DNA of 60,711 bases, the filler included, from Stramenopiles sp. TOSAG23-6 (taxonomy: Eukaryota): NCBI GenBank assembly GCA_900128565.1. It is 12 parts of 12 records of this genome, joined end to end, with 100 filler letters (N's around TTAATTAATTAA, not from the genome) between each part and the next. Parts side by side here need not be neighbours in the genome. Positions count along the whole stretch, not along the records: positions 10,170 to 15,144 come from LT636997.1; positions 15,245 to 20,218 come from LT636998.1; positions 20,319 to 25,287 come from LT636999.1; positions 25,388 to 30,355 come from LT637000.1; 8 more parts are not named here. One strand, written 5' to 3'. Positions within the stretch are counted from its first letter, which is position 1; every line of letters begins with the position of its first letter. The notes beneath the pieces were generated by a model that was not told the origin of the DNA, ran no database searches, and saw only the letters and a list, made by a program, of their open reading frames with translations. Of this stretch, positions 13,701-27,060 are shown piece by piece. Both the position numbers and the translations under genes were made by a program.

Positions 13701-15144
13701 TAAAACGATTAGGTCTTGGGCTTAATTTAGCTCAAGTAAAAAAACTTGTTGAATGGTTTGCTTTTACCAATACGGATAAAAATATTAAAAAAAGAGAATC
13801 AAAAGTTATTGTTACTTATGAACAATTTGAGATGAAAATGCGAGACTTTGACCCAGATATTCCAAGACAGGGCGATTTGAGTAGTTATAATATGTCATGG
13901 ACAATAAATAAGCGTCAAGCAATGCTAGCAGAAAAAATGAGTCGAGGTATAGGTGTACTACAACAGGACAATTCAAAACATCTAGTGAANTATGCACCTT
14001 TAGAGAAAAATACTTTACGCGATTTTTTCCTCGGTTTGAAGGCAACACATGGAGCAGGCAAGTCTGGTAGTCTTCCTANATCAATCCTTGGAGATCTTTT
14101 GGATGAATTTGAGCAACATGACCATCGACGTGATGGAATTGTTGATATCGATCATTTTCGAGGTGTTTTATTACGNTTTCGTACTGGGCTTCGTCCACAG
14201 CAAATTGATGAACAAATCGCAGTGTGGAGTCGTCGAGGAACTGTGAATTATTTTGAATTCATAGCAAAGCTCAGGGGATTTGATCAAGCACTTTTGAATG
14301 GAAAAATTAGACTATATACACCAAAAGAATACTCTCATAAAATTGGGACGAGACGGCCAAAGAAACCAAAGATATCTAGTAGTAGTAAAACACTTACAAA
14401 ATCTCAAAAATCTCAAAAATCTTTCAATGAGTCAAACAATCAGAATGATCAAAATAAAAGTAAATCATTGCTAACGAAAGATTCAACCGTTCAAAATCAT
14501 AGAAAAGGAAACAAAACTAAAGAAATTCAATTACAAAAACAACATCATTTAAAGAAATCTAAAAATAAAGAAATTCGAGGAAAACAGAAAGTAAAATATG
14601 ACCCCGCTCGATGGAAAGCACCAAAACCTCGAAAAAGAAAGAAAACTGAAATATTAAAAGAAAAGAAAAAATTGAAGCGCTTTTTATGGAAAAAATTTCT
14701 CTACGATGAAAAATTTGGGAGGTCAATCAGACAATCTAAACGATCTAAACAAGTAAAGAGAAGAAGACGAGGCAATCTAAAAGTACAAACTTCAAAACCA
14801 GAATGTTACCCAAATACAAAAAATACAAAAAATACAAAAAATACAAAAAATACAAAAAATACAAAAAATACAACAACTTTACGTCTTCAAAACAATAATG
14901 TATATTCTCGTTTATATAAATCTGGGGTAGAACATACAAAAATGCATAATAATACTTGGCCTGATGGCACGCGTAAATTATGTGACACCCAGTCAATCCA
15001 AAATTCATTGGGTACAAATTTACCTATAAAGAAGACGTCTATCGCATTACCTAAGATACGAAATCGAGGACGTACACGTACTACTGTTGAAACAAATGGA
15101 AAAGAAAAGTGTTTTCATTCTCAAAATATTTTGAAAGGAAATAC
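10730..15144 (+). CDS. Large intronless protein with an IQ motif and degenerate EF-hands, 3'-partial
   Basis: IQ-like LQATFRKYLVQK; EF-like FEQHDHRRDGIVDIDHFRGVL and FQVLDQPREGFTN; K-rich tail. Confidence 0.65.
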
Positions 15145-15244
15145 NNNNNNNNNNNNNNNNNNNNNNNNNNNNNNNNNNNNNNNNNNNNTTAATTAATTAA
15201 NNNNNNNNNNNNNNNNNNNNNNNNNNNNNNNNNNNNNNNNNNNN

Positions 15245-15739
15245 TTGGAAGTATTGAAATGGTTAAGAAGTCAAAATCCACCTTGTCCGTGGGATGAAGA
15301 AACGTGTCAATATGCAGCTAGGAATGGTCACTTGGAAGTATTGAACTGGGTAAGGAGTCAAAATCCACCTTGTCCGTGGGATGAAGATACGTGTTCTTTC
15401 GCAGCTGAAGATGGTCAATTAGAAGTATTGAAATGGGTAAGAAGTCAAAATCCACCTTGTCCGTGGGATGAATGGACGTTTCAATTTGCTGCTCAATATG
15501 GTCAGTTGGAAGTATTGAAATGGTTAAGAAGTCAAAATCCACCTTGTCCGTGGGATGAAGTTACGTGTAATATGGCAGCTGCAAGTGGTCGCTTAGAAGT
15601 ATTGAAATGGATGAGAAGTCAAAATCCACCTTGTCCTTGGGATGAAGGAACGTGTCGTAATGCAGCTAATAATGGTCAATTAGAAGTATTACAATGGTTA
15701 ATAGAGGTAAAAGCACCAGGCTATGAACGACATTTGTGA
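15245..15739 (+). CDS. Ankyrin-repeat protein (LEVLKWxRSQNPPCPWD type), 5'-partial
   Basis: Tandem 29-aa repeats AAxxGHLEVLKWVRSQNPPCPWDExTC. Confidence 0.85.
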   Translation: MEVLKWLRSQNPPCPWDEETCQYAARNGHLEVLNWVRSQNPPCPWDEDTCSFAAEDGQLEVLKWVRSQNPPCPWDEWTFQFAAQYGQLEVLKWLRSQNPPCPWDEVTCNMAAASGRLEVLKWMRSQNPPCPWDEGTCRNAANNGQLEVLQWLIEVKAPGYERHL

Positions 15740-15815
15740 ATAAAAATGTACTAATTTAATATTCTTTTTAATTTATGATTAAACTTATCTTAAAAGTTAA
15801 AAGTATTTTTTTGTA

Positions 15816-18800
15816 TCAAATTAAAGATGTCACCTTACATGCATATGATTTCAACGTATCATTGGCCTGTTTAGCTGCATCTTCTGAACATAATGAAACA
15901 ATATTTCCAGAAGAAACAATAGAGTCCAATGCAGTTGCAAATGATGCTACATCTTCTAAAGTTGTACCCAATATTTCTTCACGTCGTTGTTGACGAGTTT
16001 CAATTGATTCTTTTAAAATATATCGCAGAGTTTCAGTGTGACCTTTGGAATCTGGCAATTGATATGCGTCGACATCTCCAATAGTAGCAATGATTGCTTT
16101 ATTTAATGCATCCGTAGCACCTGGACTTTCAATAAATTCTCTTCTTAAAAATTCTGGAGTACCATCATATGTTGATATAGTCTCATTTAAATTTGGATCA
16201 CGATATGAAAGATATTTAAAATCACCACTACGCCAATTAAATGAACAGAAACCACCATGTATTTTGGAAAAATATTTCAAAAAATCTAAAAAAAAATGTT
16301 AGGTACAACATTTCGTACGAAAAAAATAAATTCGATTTTTTTGTAAAAAAAAAAAAATAAAACATACATATGCACCACCAACGACTCGTACACGATCCCA
16401 TAACCATGTTGTTCCTAATAATTTGGAAACAACTGCAGAACTTCCATGGGATGTAAAGTCACTATTCTCATAGAGATTTCCACCCTTTGCAACATAATTG
16501 ACTTGAGTAGGTATTGTAAATAATTCATTTGTTTTTGTTTCTGTTGTAATCCAACCATTTTGACTTAATAATGATATATTATTTGTACTAGGAGATGGTA
16601 ATGCATCTATAGCCCTATATAAAACTTCACCAACATGATTCATATCATTTGTATCTGCTGTAACACCCATTACAATGTTATCTTTAGTTATAATCGTGTC
16701 TCGAATTCTATTCAATTGGTTTTGGATGATTTTCCATTCAGAATCAACTGCCAGTTTTTGATTTAATTCACGTAAATGATCTAAATAAGAAATTCCAGAT
16801 ATTTCTTCAGAAAACCAACCAGATGATCCATTATGCATACTTAGACGAGTAGAACAAATACCATGTCCACTAGAAACGACAGAATTTTCTTTATGAGCTA
16901 AAGCTTCTTTTGCAAATAATTGAAATTTTTCACGATTAGAAAAATCAGCATATAACAAAATATCTTTCATGATATTTGATAAAGCTGTAGCTTCATTTGA
17001 CATGGCTTTACCACGTACCATTAAATTACATTGTGCATTATTAGGTTCACCAAAACGAGCACCACTTGAAAGTGAAAGACCAATCCCTCCTGTATATTTA
17101 CCAATTCTTTGAGATAATTTAACAGCATCTTCGCCAGTTGTTAATCCAATATCTTTCAAAGAACGAGCAAACAATGGTAATAAGTACACATCTTCTTTTT
17201 GAACAGATGATAAATCAAATGCCATATCTACATATGTTATTCCATTTGTATACATGTTATGATGAAGTATTATTGAATTATCATTGTGACTATCTTGAAA
17301 CGACCAAGGATTTGAATCTATTGTTGTTGAATATAATGGCATATCACTCACAGATAATGATGGTACCATTGCAAGAACTTCCGCAGAATCTGTAGTTTCC
17401 TGTAATTTACGAAGTTCTAATGTCTTTTTCACTGCATCTTCAATATCATAACTGTTCATAGTACTTTTGACTTTTGCAAGTGTTTCCTTTTCAGCTACAT
17501 CTTGGGCTTGTTCAACATTTGAATCGGGTACCATTTCTAAAGTTAATCGATGAGAATTTTCTAGTAAATATTCTTGAATTATATTTTGTAAATCGGAACT
17601 TTTTGGATGTAAAAGTTTTGTTTTAATGCGCTCAAATGGTTCAGATATTTTTAATGCTTCTATTGGATCTTCATTATATATCCACTGTTGTGTACTTCGA
17701 AGTAGATGCATCAATCCTCTTGGATATGAACCAGAATTATTTTCTTTCAACGCAAACTCAATTGTATTAATTGAAGCATCAAGTGCATCGCGTTTAAAGC
17801 CTTTTGAAGCACATGTTTCCAATGTTTTCAAAACAAGTGCTTCGACATCATTTGTATTATCACTTGAAACTCCTTTCAGACCAATTGAAAATGTTGGTTG
17901 AAGTAACTCACTACCAAGTCCACTTCCAATTACAGCTGATCCAATACCAGAATCTGTCAATGCTTTGTGTAAAGGTGCTGATGTTGAACCTAATAGCAAA
18001 TGATCAAGAATTCCTAGCATAATCATTGTTTCAGTTGTTGGTCTTTTACCTCCACCTAAAACCCAATTTACACTTAACATATGACGNCCAGTTTCTTTTA
18101 GTTTACTTTTATCATTTTCATCCATTGTAGTTCCATCTTCAGACATCATATACAATTGCTGATGATACTTGGGTTCTTTCCAAGAAGGTTGTAAAGTAGT
18201 GTGTGGTATTTTCCCACAATTTGTAAATGATTCATGTGACAAATACTCATCTAGTATATGTAATCGTTTCTCTGGACAGTCATCTCCATAAAACCAAATT
18301 CGTGAGTTAGACGGTTGATAATGTCTTTTATGAAAATTTTGAAATTGCTGAAATTGTAGAGATGGAATTTCAGTTGGTTGACCACCATAATCATATTTAT
18401 AACAATTATCTGGAAATAAATTTTGTGAAACAGCAGTGTGGTGAACAGCATCTGGGTCAGAGTAAACGCCCTTCATTTCATTAAATACAACACCTTTATA
18501 CTCTAAGTTACTATTTGATTCAGTAATATCATAATGCCATCCTTCTTGTGCTAAAACATTAGAGTCATGCACAGCCCGAGGAAAAAATACTGCATCTAAG
18601 TACACATCTACTAAATTATAATAATCTTGTAAATTACAACTTGCGACAGGATAACATGTTCGATCAGGGTAAGTAAACGCGTTCAGGAAAGTTTGTTGGG
18701 AACTTTTGAGAAGTTCGACAAATGGTTCTTTCAAAGGATATTTCCGACTTCCACAAAGAACCGAGTGTTCCATAATATGTGCAATACCTGTACTATCTTC

Positions 18801-19064
18801 GGATGGAGTACTAAACACTGCAGCAAATGTTTTATTTTCATCATTATTACAGAGAGATACAACTTCGGCACCAGTCTTCGAATGACGATAAAAGAATGCG
18901 TCACTGTCGCATTCCTTAACGTATGAACGACTCACAAGTTCAAACGATGGATGCTCAGGAATTGAGGTTTGCACTGTTGCTCCTGATGACAAATACCTCG
19001 AGCATACTGAACGTGACAAGTATTCACTTGGTAATACATTTCGCACTCGTAACATAGTACACAA
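15816..19064 (-). CDS. PITRM1: Presequence protease (M16C metallopeptidase); one intron 16257-16367
   Basis: HIMEH zinc motif, GSRKYPLKEPFVELLK, FLNAFTYPDRTCYPVAS; removing the intron restores WDRVRVVGGAY|GGFC. Confidence 0.93.
16257..16367 (-). other. Repeat-family GT...AT intron in PreP
   Basis: TAT|GTATGTTTT...TACCTAAC...CCAAAATACAT|GGT; restores the conserved GGAYGG. Confidence 0.9.
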
Positions 19065-19251
19065 TGTAATGCGTAATACTTAGTAGTACCTTGTGTGTGT
19101 GTGTGTGTATGCAGCATGCAAGTCGCAAAGTCAACACGTGTCAGTCAACAATACACGAAATCGGACAAAATCGAAAATCGGAGAAAAGAATCGAAAAAGA
19201 GAAAAATTCTTATTAAATAAACTACAATTTTACTACAGAGATATTAAAAAT

Positions 19252-20088
19252 TCACTTTGCTATATCTATTTCCTTTTGAGACTTTTGCATCAGTACACGA
19301 GCTTCAGCTGATTTTACTAGGCAAGTCACCATTTGTGTATGTACCGACGCACAACCATCAATGCATTGTTCTAATGCATTTATGCTTTCCGAAGGTAGCA
19401 TTTGTCCACTTTGTGAAAGATGTGTGACGTTTTGCAGGGATGGCATCATCGCAACGGACATTATAGATGTGGCTGTATGTTTTTCAGAAAGATTGAGATC
19501 TAAGAGTATTTCATTATTCACTAAACCAGACGAGCAACCAGATACTAAATCACACAGCTCAATACCAGAATCTCCTAAAGCCAGGGACGCAGCGGTAACA
19601 GCTGTGGGAATGATTGCACCACCTTCTTGTATAATAACGATATAAATATCTATGACAGATTTTGGATACTTTTCTAAACGAATGGCAGCTTCAAGTGAAG
19701 TTTTTAACTCTTTAGATAACTGCTCTTCATCTTGTCCTCGAAATTTACCACGGTGGTTCTCCCCTGCAAATGGAGCAAACTTTACATCAACTTGAAGCGT
19801 TCCTTTAGCACTAAAATCAACAATACCCTTTGTACTAGCACGAGGTCCGTATACTCCACATAATACTTTGCATTTTCCAGATTCAACATAACCAGAACCC
19901 GTAGCTTGAGTTACTATACCAGTTTTCATATTCCATTTCTGCAGCTCATCGCTTCCGCGGCCTATTCGTATTTTTGTTCCTGCTTCAGCTGCGACCGAAT
20001 ACTTTTCACTTGTAGACGTAGCTATTTTACCCGTTGTTGCTTCGGTGGGCTTTAATAATGGTCGGTATGATTCTCTTGGGCGCGACAT
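19252..20088 (-). CDS. EXOSC6: Exosome RNase PH-like subunit MTR3/EXOSC6
   Basis: GIVTQATGSGYVESGKCKVLCGVYGPR, KFAPFA, LEAAIRLEKYPKSVIDI, AASLALGDSGIELCDLV. Confidence 0.8.
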   Translation of the reverse strand: MSRPRESYRPLLKPTEATTGKIATSTSEKYSVAAEAGTKIRIGRGSDELQKWNMKTGIVTQATGSGYVESGKCKVLCGVYGPRASTKGIVDFSAKGTLQVDVKFAPFAGENHRGKFRGQDEEQLSKELKTSLEAAIRLEKYPKSVIDIYIVIIQEGGAIIPTAVTAASLALGDSGIELCDLVSGCSSGLVNNEILLDLNLSEKHTATSIMSVAMMPSLQNVTHLSQSGQMLPSESINALEQCIDGCASVHTQMVTCLVKSAEARVLMQKSQKEIDIAK

Positions 20089-20383
20089 CGTCCAGAAGTT
20101 AATGAAGACAAAGTAGAGAAAAACACAGGGTGTAAAGGTTTACACTGAACCCAAGTTGGCCATCATGATCGATGGCCAAAATATGATGACACAAACCTGC
20201 TGTTTCACAAAATTTATTNNNNNNNNNNNNNNNNNNNNNNNNNNNNNNNNNNNNNNNNNNNNTTAATTAATTAANNNNNNNNNNNNNNNNNNNNNNNNNN
20301 NNNNNNNNNNNNNNNNNNGTTTTATATTCTATATTTTTCAATGACTCAATATTAGAATGTTTTTTATATCACTTCAAATATAG

Positions 20384-20795
20384 ATGGCTCACTCATAATG
20401 AAATTACAAGCTTTGACGGATTACCAGTACTTTCTCAACTAAAATTCTTGTACGTGATACTACTACCAATCTCTACTATAATTAACTATGTTTTATATTC
20501 TATATTTTTCAATGACTCAATATTAGAATGTTATTTATATCACTTCAAATATAGGAGTCTCGACAATAATCAAATTACAAGCTTTCACGGATTACCATTA
20601 CTTCCTCAACTGACAAATTTGTACTTGATAATTGTACCATTCCCTACTATAATCAACAATGTTTTATATTTAATATTTTTGAATGACTCAATATTACAAT
20701 GTTTTTTATATCACTACAAATATAGGTTTCTCAGAGAGACTCACATTACAAGCGATGATATACCCGAGGAATATCGTGACATTTTTTTCATTTAG
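20384..20795 (+). CDS. LRR protein 3' end; 66-nt one-repeat exons (20384-20449, 20555-20620) and last exon 20726-20795, separated by canonical GT-AG introns
   Basis: Exons encode 22-aa LRRs (LxxNxITSFxGLPxLxQLxxL); 105-nt introns 20450-20554 and 20621-20725 run GTAC...AAATATAG; 171-nt tandem unit. Confidence 0.8.
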
Positions 20796-21361
20796 ATCGT
20801 TTCCAGAAGAAGTGTGGATTCGGCTGACGACATCATGAATGTATTATACTTCTTAAAGCTCGTAGATGTAAGGCATTTGACTACTATATATTATTATGCA
20901 AGAACTACAGGTAATACTTTTTTTTTTTATAATTTAATGTTGTACATATTTTTATTAAATTATAAAATAATAATACAAAGATATGACATTTTATTCATTT
21001 GTGATTGTTGTTTTAATTTTACAAAATTTAAATATANGNAACNCAACTATAATTTTGAGTCATTGTCGATGGTAATTTTTAAAATTATTTTTGTTTTTGG
21101 TAGGAAATTTAGTACCTAACAAATTTTGAATTTTTTTTTTGAAATATTTTTCCAAAATGGGTACAGTTTTGAATATACATACCCATTGGAATATATCTTG
21201 ACAAGTTTTACTTACAATTAAATATTTGCGACACGAAATCATGAAAACAAATTCAAAAGATTTCGATTTCGTGCACATCAAAAATCAAGAGCTGTTCTTC
21301 TTCTTTTCCTCAAACTTTTTTTTTGAAAGAGAAGCAACTTTTGATCTTTTCATCAGACTCA

Positions 21362-24300
21362 ATGTTGTCTCGACGGGCACAACTAGAGGCGTTTAAGCAG
21401 CGTCGGGCAAATGCAAGACCCCGACGGCGATCTGCTAGCAGTTTACATGAGCGATATGCGGAGGTTTCAAAAAATCACAGAGCACCTCCCCTTAGGACTC
21501 GAGATTTAAACTCATTGAGTCACGAGAGTCGCAGAAGTATGTCCACCCCCTCGTCTCCTGAGCATAAACGAAATCACGATACTCAACTACAAAATATGTT
21601 CCCACCATCTACCCCTTCTTCTTCAAAGTCGAATATGAATAGGGTACACCAAACACCAGTGCGCTCCAGTGTATCACGACGACAACATCAGCTATCTCAG
21701 CAACAGTGCATTCCAACCCCCTCAAGAGCAGCAGCTGCTGCAGCTGCCGCAAAAAGACGTAAAATGTCATCTCATGTACACCAAACACCAAAGCGCAGTA
21801 GTTTTACTTCTGTAAACTCTAATATTCTTTTATCCAAAGAATTCCAAATGTCAGATTTGGGTCAATTTTGTAGAGAATCGAGTGACATTGACGAAGATAA
21901 TTTACGGACATCTGAACAAGTCGAACTAGAAAGTCTTCGTATTACAAACGAGTTATTACGCGACGAACATACTGACTTGGTAGAAGCCAAAGAGCATGCT
22001 TTGAAAGAAAATGAAGAATTAAAAATAAAATTAAACGAATTTTCTTTACAATTGAAAAAGAATGCAACAAATATTGATGATGATCATAATGTTGGCAATG
22101 ACTTCAAGAGCGAGAAAACATTGAATGATCTAAGGGAACAACTCAAAGATTCAGAATGCCTTCGTGAAGAACTTCAAAACAAAATATCTGAAACACAAAA
22201 GACGAGCTTTGCGTTGGTGAATGACATCAACGCTCTCAAAGCAACAACAGAAAAACAACTTTTACAAGTACAACAAAAACACGAAAAACAACTTTTACAT
22301 GTACAACAAAAACATGAAAAACTAGAAAATTCGTACAATGGTCTACATGAGGAGCGTACCAAATTATTATTAACAGATAAATCCAATGCAACACTTGTTG
22401 AAGAATTGAAAAAAGAAATTAAACAATCAAAAATAACAGAAGAAGAAATACAAAATAAATTGGAATTAATCAAAAATGAGAAATTAAATGTCCAACGAAA
22501 TCTTGAAAAAAAAATTAATGATTGTCAACGTCTAAAAGGAAATCTTGAAAAAAAAATTAATGATTGTCAACGTCTAGAAGGAAATCTTGAAAAAAAAATT
22601 AATGATTGTCAACGTCTAGAAGACAAAATAAAGACAAAAGATAAAAACATTGAATTAATGGAAAATTCTACAAAATCATTAAAAACTGAATTGAAACATT
22701 CCAAAAGGATATTTCTTGAAGAATCTGCTGGTTTTTCTGAGAAATGTATGTTTTAATTTTTTTTTAACTATGAAATTTTGTACCAAACCAAAAAAACCAA
22801 AAAAAATCTAAAAATCTAAAATTTTTTTTTTTTTTAATTTTCGTATATAATTTTATACCTAACAAAAGAAAATGAAATGTTTGAAATATAAATCAACAAA
22901 ATATATGAATATGCCTCTCAGCTACAAGAACAGGCGGAAGCCGAACTAAATGAACAAATACATCTCACAAACGAATCAAAAACAGATGCTGAAATGCAAC
23001 GCGCTTATATTTTAGGCTTGGAAGAAGAGTTGGACTGTAACGACAAAAAATTATGTAATTTTTTTTTCATACGAAATTTTGTACCTAACAAAAATTCTAT
23101 ATGTAATTTTTTTTTTTTTTACATTTTTAAACTTTTTTTAATATTTTTATATTTTTTCAAATACATCTAAAGCAAAGATTGAAATTGAATCTCAATTTCA
23201 ATGTATTCAAACTTTAAAAAATGAAATTGAATGTATGAATATGTATGTTTATTTTTTTTTCAATTTCGATTTTTATTTTTTTTTATAAAAATTTTGTACC
23301 TAACAAACTTTAATTTTTTTTTTTTGAAATATTTTTCCAAAATACATGAATTTTGTGCCTATTGATCTCTTAACATCTATTCAAGATCAATTAACTAATC
23401 TTGAATCATTATCAGAAGGAAAGGAAATTCTTATGGATGATGTACAAAATACGAATCAACAGCTTGAATTATTGATTGGTCAACAAAAGGATGAAAATGT
23501 AAAGATAAATACTGAATGTACGTTTTTTCTAAAAATGTAGAAAATATTTTCTAAAAATATTGTTTTATACGAAATTTTGTACCTAACAATAAAAAAAAAA
23601 TAAAAAAAAAAATTGCACAATGTAGTGGAAAAAGTGAAAATACTTGCAAAGAATGCAGATTCAGATAAATGTATTTTATATCGTAAATTATCGTCTTTAC
23701 AAAATAAGCATGATGAAGAAATGAATAAATTAAACATTGTTGTACGCGATATTTCACAAAAAGCGATTATTTCTTCAATTAAAAACAAAACACTTGTTGA
23801 GAAAACCAATCAATTACAAAGTAATAACAAAACACTTGTCGAGAAAACCAATCAATTACAAAGTAAAAACAAAACACTTGTTGAGAAAACCAATCAATTA
23901 CAATCCATGTATATTTTATTTTTTTCAATTTTTTATCTATATTTTTTTTTGTTTTTTTATAAAAATTTCGTACCTAACAAATTGTACAAACCTAAAAAAA
24001 AAAATATTTTTCACAATCCATGCTAGACAACGTACAATCGATTAGGGTTAGGGGTAAAGATGACGTCATTGATGCAAGTACAAATACTGATTCTACAACT
24101 ATTATTCAAACAATGGATGTAGCTGTTAATACAGATATGGATCTTTCTACTACTACTACTATTACTACAAAGGAATCAGAAAAAGAAATCATTGAAAGAC
24201 AAAATCGGTCGTTACAACAAGCTAAAAATATATCAAAATTAGAGACAAAAGTCTCAGAAAGCAAAACAAAATTAGAATGTTTACAAGTATGTTTTTTTTT

Positions 24301-25190
24301 TTTTAAATTTGAAATTGAAATTGAAATTGAATTTATTTTATTTTTTTATGTTTTTTTTTTATAGGAAACAAAAAATTTGTACCTAACATAACAAATGTAA
24401 AAAAAAAAAATTTGAAATATTTTTCCAAAATATACTCTGTACTCAAAGCAGCAAAACAAAATCAAGAAGATTTAGAAGATTTTGCAAATGCAGAAAGACA
24501 AACTTTCCTTGAAGAAAAAAAAGTCATGAAACAAAGAATCGAAGAACTCGAATTAATCCAAACAAATTCAATTCAAAACAAAAAAAACAACATGGAAAAT
24601 ATTGAAAAAATGGAAAAAATGGAAAAGTCTCTCGCTGCCTTGACAGCAGAATTAATGGAAACTTCAGAATCTTTAGATTTAGCACAACTTCAAGCACAAG
24701 AAGCGACTGTAGTTGCTAGAGATGCCACTGCACAATGCGAGAAAACGGCGAAGATTAAAGTGAAAAATGAAGAAATGATTTTGCGTATACAACAAATGGA
24801 GGACAAAGTAATGAACACTGAAGTGACTGTAGATTTTCATGATGAATTTCAATTTTTTTTATAGACAATTTTGTACCTAACAAATTTTTTTTTCAATTTT
24901 TTTTTTCAAATTTTTTTTTCAAATTTTTTTTTCAAATTTTTTTTTCAAATTTTTAAATTTTTTTTTTAACTTTTTATTCTTGGACATATCATAACAAAAA
25001 CATGCTGTAATTCATTCAATTGTGGATTTTGCTATATCAGAAAATGAAAAGCAATGTATTTCGGATAAAATTAACCATACAAATAAAACTTTAAAAAATA
25101 CAGAAAAAGAATATCAATCAATTATTTCTGTTATGAAAAAAGAATTGGATGAAGTAAAAATGAGAGTCAATGTGGTGTATAGTTTAAGTA
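21362..25190 (+). CDS. Long coiled-coil protein with a basic/Ser-Pro-rich N-terminus, about 8 repeat-family introns, 3'-partial
   Basis: Heptad-rich exons join in frame across introns starting 22746, ~23054, ~23243, ~23518, ~23909, ~24287; later junctions uncertain. Confidence 0.6.
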
Positions 25191-25387
25191 TGAATTTTTA
25201 GTATGAATTTCAACTTTTTTTTTTTTTTTTTTTATTTTTTTTTTTTTTTTTTTTTCAATGAACCATCTAAAAATTTTTTTTTTTGTTNNNNNNNNNNNNN
25301 NNNNNNNNNNNNNNNNNNNNNNNNNNNNNNNTTAATTAATTAANNNNNNNNNNNNNNNNNNNNNNNNNNNNNNNNNNNNNNNNNNNN

Positions 25388-27060
25388 AAAAATATTTCAA
25401 AAAAAAAAACTTAAATTTGTTAGGTACAAAATTTCGTACGAAAACAATTTCGAATTTGAAAAAAAATAACACATACCTGATTCTCACACGCCCCCTGGTC
25501 ATGTACATAATCGTAATCGGGCATCATATTATCAACGAGGTTTTCCCACTTAAATCCTGTCACATTTGTGGGTAATGTATAATTATACTTTTTTTCATAG
25601 AGTAAGCAATCTTCATGAGCATGATACCACTCTGAGCCTGTTTGATGGATGCTAGCGTTGACACAATGTGGTAGTGGAACATTTTGAAGTTCTCGTTGGC
25701 CTCCAAACGCGACGCAACATGCTCCGATAAGAATAGTCCCCATTTGAATAACAAAGAAAACAGTATTGAAACGCGCAAACACACCAGCTCCTATATATGA
25801 AATAGAAAATACAAAAAATAGGCCTACACTACCAATAATAATTTCAGGAGATGAGCTATTTTCATATCCTGTTCCGAAAATTTCGCGTCCAAAGTCACCT
25901 GAGCCATCCGTTAAGGTTTTAAATACTGCTAGAGAGAAACCTGAAACATAAAAAGCAACTCCTATCGCATATGCTAAATAAAATAAAGTCCCAATTGCGC
26001 CACCAAATTCAGGACCTAGAGACCGAGAAATCATAAAATATGAACCACCACCCTTCATGTGTCCGTTTGTTACGATAGCAGAGAAGGAGAACACTGTTAA
26101 TATAGCCATTGTTTCTGCCAATGCAAAAATAGATATAGTTCCCAAAACGCCAGCTTGACCCACAGCCCACGACAAGCGTTGAAAGAGAATAATACCTAAA
26201 ATATTCAAACAACAAGGCACATAACAACCGTTGAATGTGGAAAGTGCATTTTTATGATTCTCGACTGCGTCAACTTTATGGACACTTGATCGACGACGGG
26301 GAAGGTTTACCCCAGTCAGCAATGGTGCCAATGCCGCTTCTGAGCGTGCTTGAGGCCGCATTATACAATTCTATATTTTAATTTTCTACACCTTGTACTA
26401 CGACTATGTTTTTTTTTCCGTATTATTTTTTCAATCAAAATCTCGGCTTTTTGGATTTTTGCATTTGAATTATTCTGAAAATTGAAATTTTCTTATTTTT
26501 GATATTTCGTGTGTTGACAATGACATGTACTTTGCCTTGTTTTGACACGTTTTAGTCTTAGGGTTAGGGTTCGATGATCAATTTCCTTGATCGATTCGTA
26601 GTTAGCGACGTCGCTTCGCAATCTATCTATCACACGCCTCGAAAAATTTCCATTTTTCCATTTTTCGTTTCTCAAATAGACAATGACGAACACAAAGTTC
26701 GATAAAAGTGTCAAGCTTTTGCTGATTGGTGATAGTGGTAAGTTTTATTTGTAGCTCTGTGATGTATATCATTTTTAGTTTTGTATTCAAAAGAGCTGAG
26801 TTTTCCCGCTTTTCCATGTCTCATCGTCTGTCTCCCGCACTCTTCACGTATTGCAGAAACGCTGAAACTTGTTGGTCAGTACATCTGGTAGCGATGTTCA
26901 CGTGAGAATATGTAACCATGTTTATTCCTCTAAGAATATATTTCCCGTTGATATTACTCGATTGATTACCTCCGAGTAGTTTAAGGAAGCATGTCGATGC
27001 AACGTTCTGTTCTGGTAGTAAATTTTTGCGACTTCCCCTTTGTTTTTTCTAAATTTTTAA
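25388..27060. repeat. Left arm of a ~1.67 kb perfect inverted repeat (right arm ~28683-30355)
   Basis: Identical ORFs on opposite strands (25420-26361 vs 29382-30323 and others). Confidence 0.92.
25477..26361 (-). CDS. Inverted duplicate of SLC12 transporter exon 1
   Basis: Exact reverse complement of 29382-30266. Confidence 0.75.

Noticed and set aside
16255-16369. Reading the family as standard U12 AT-AC introns (junction slid by 2 nt)
   Set aside because: Possible where AT is duplicated, but there is no RTATCCT donor or TCCTTAAC branch. In that register Rab intron 1 would start TG and break GDSGVGKT, and other copies would start TT or GT.
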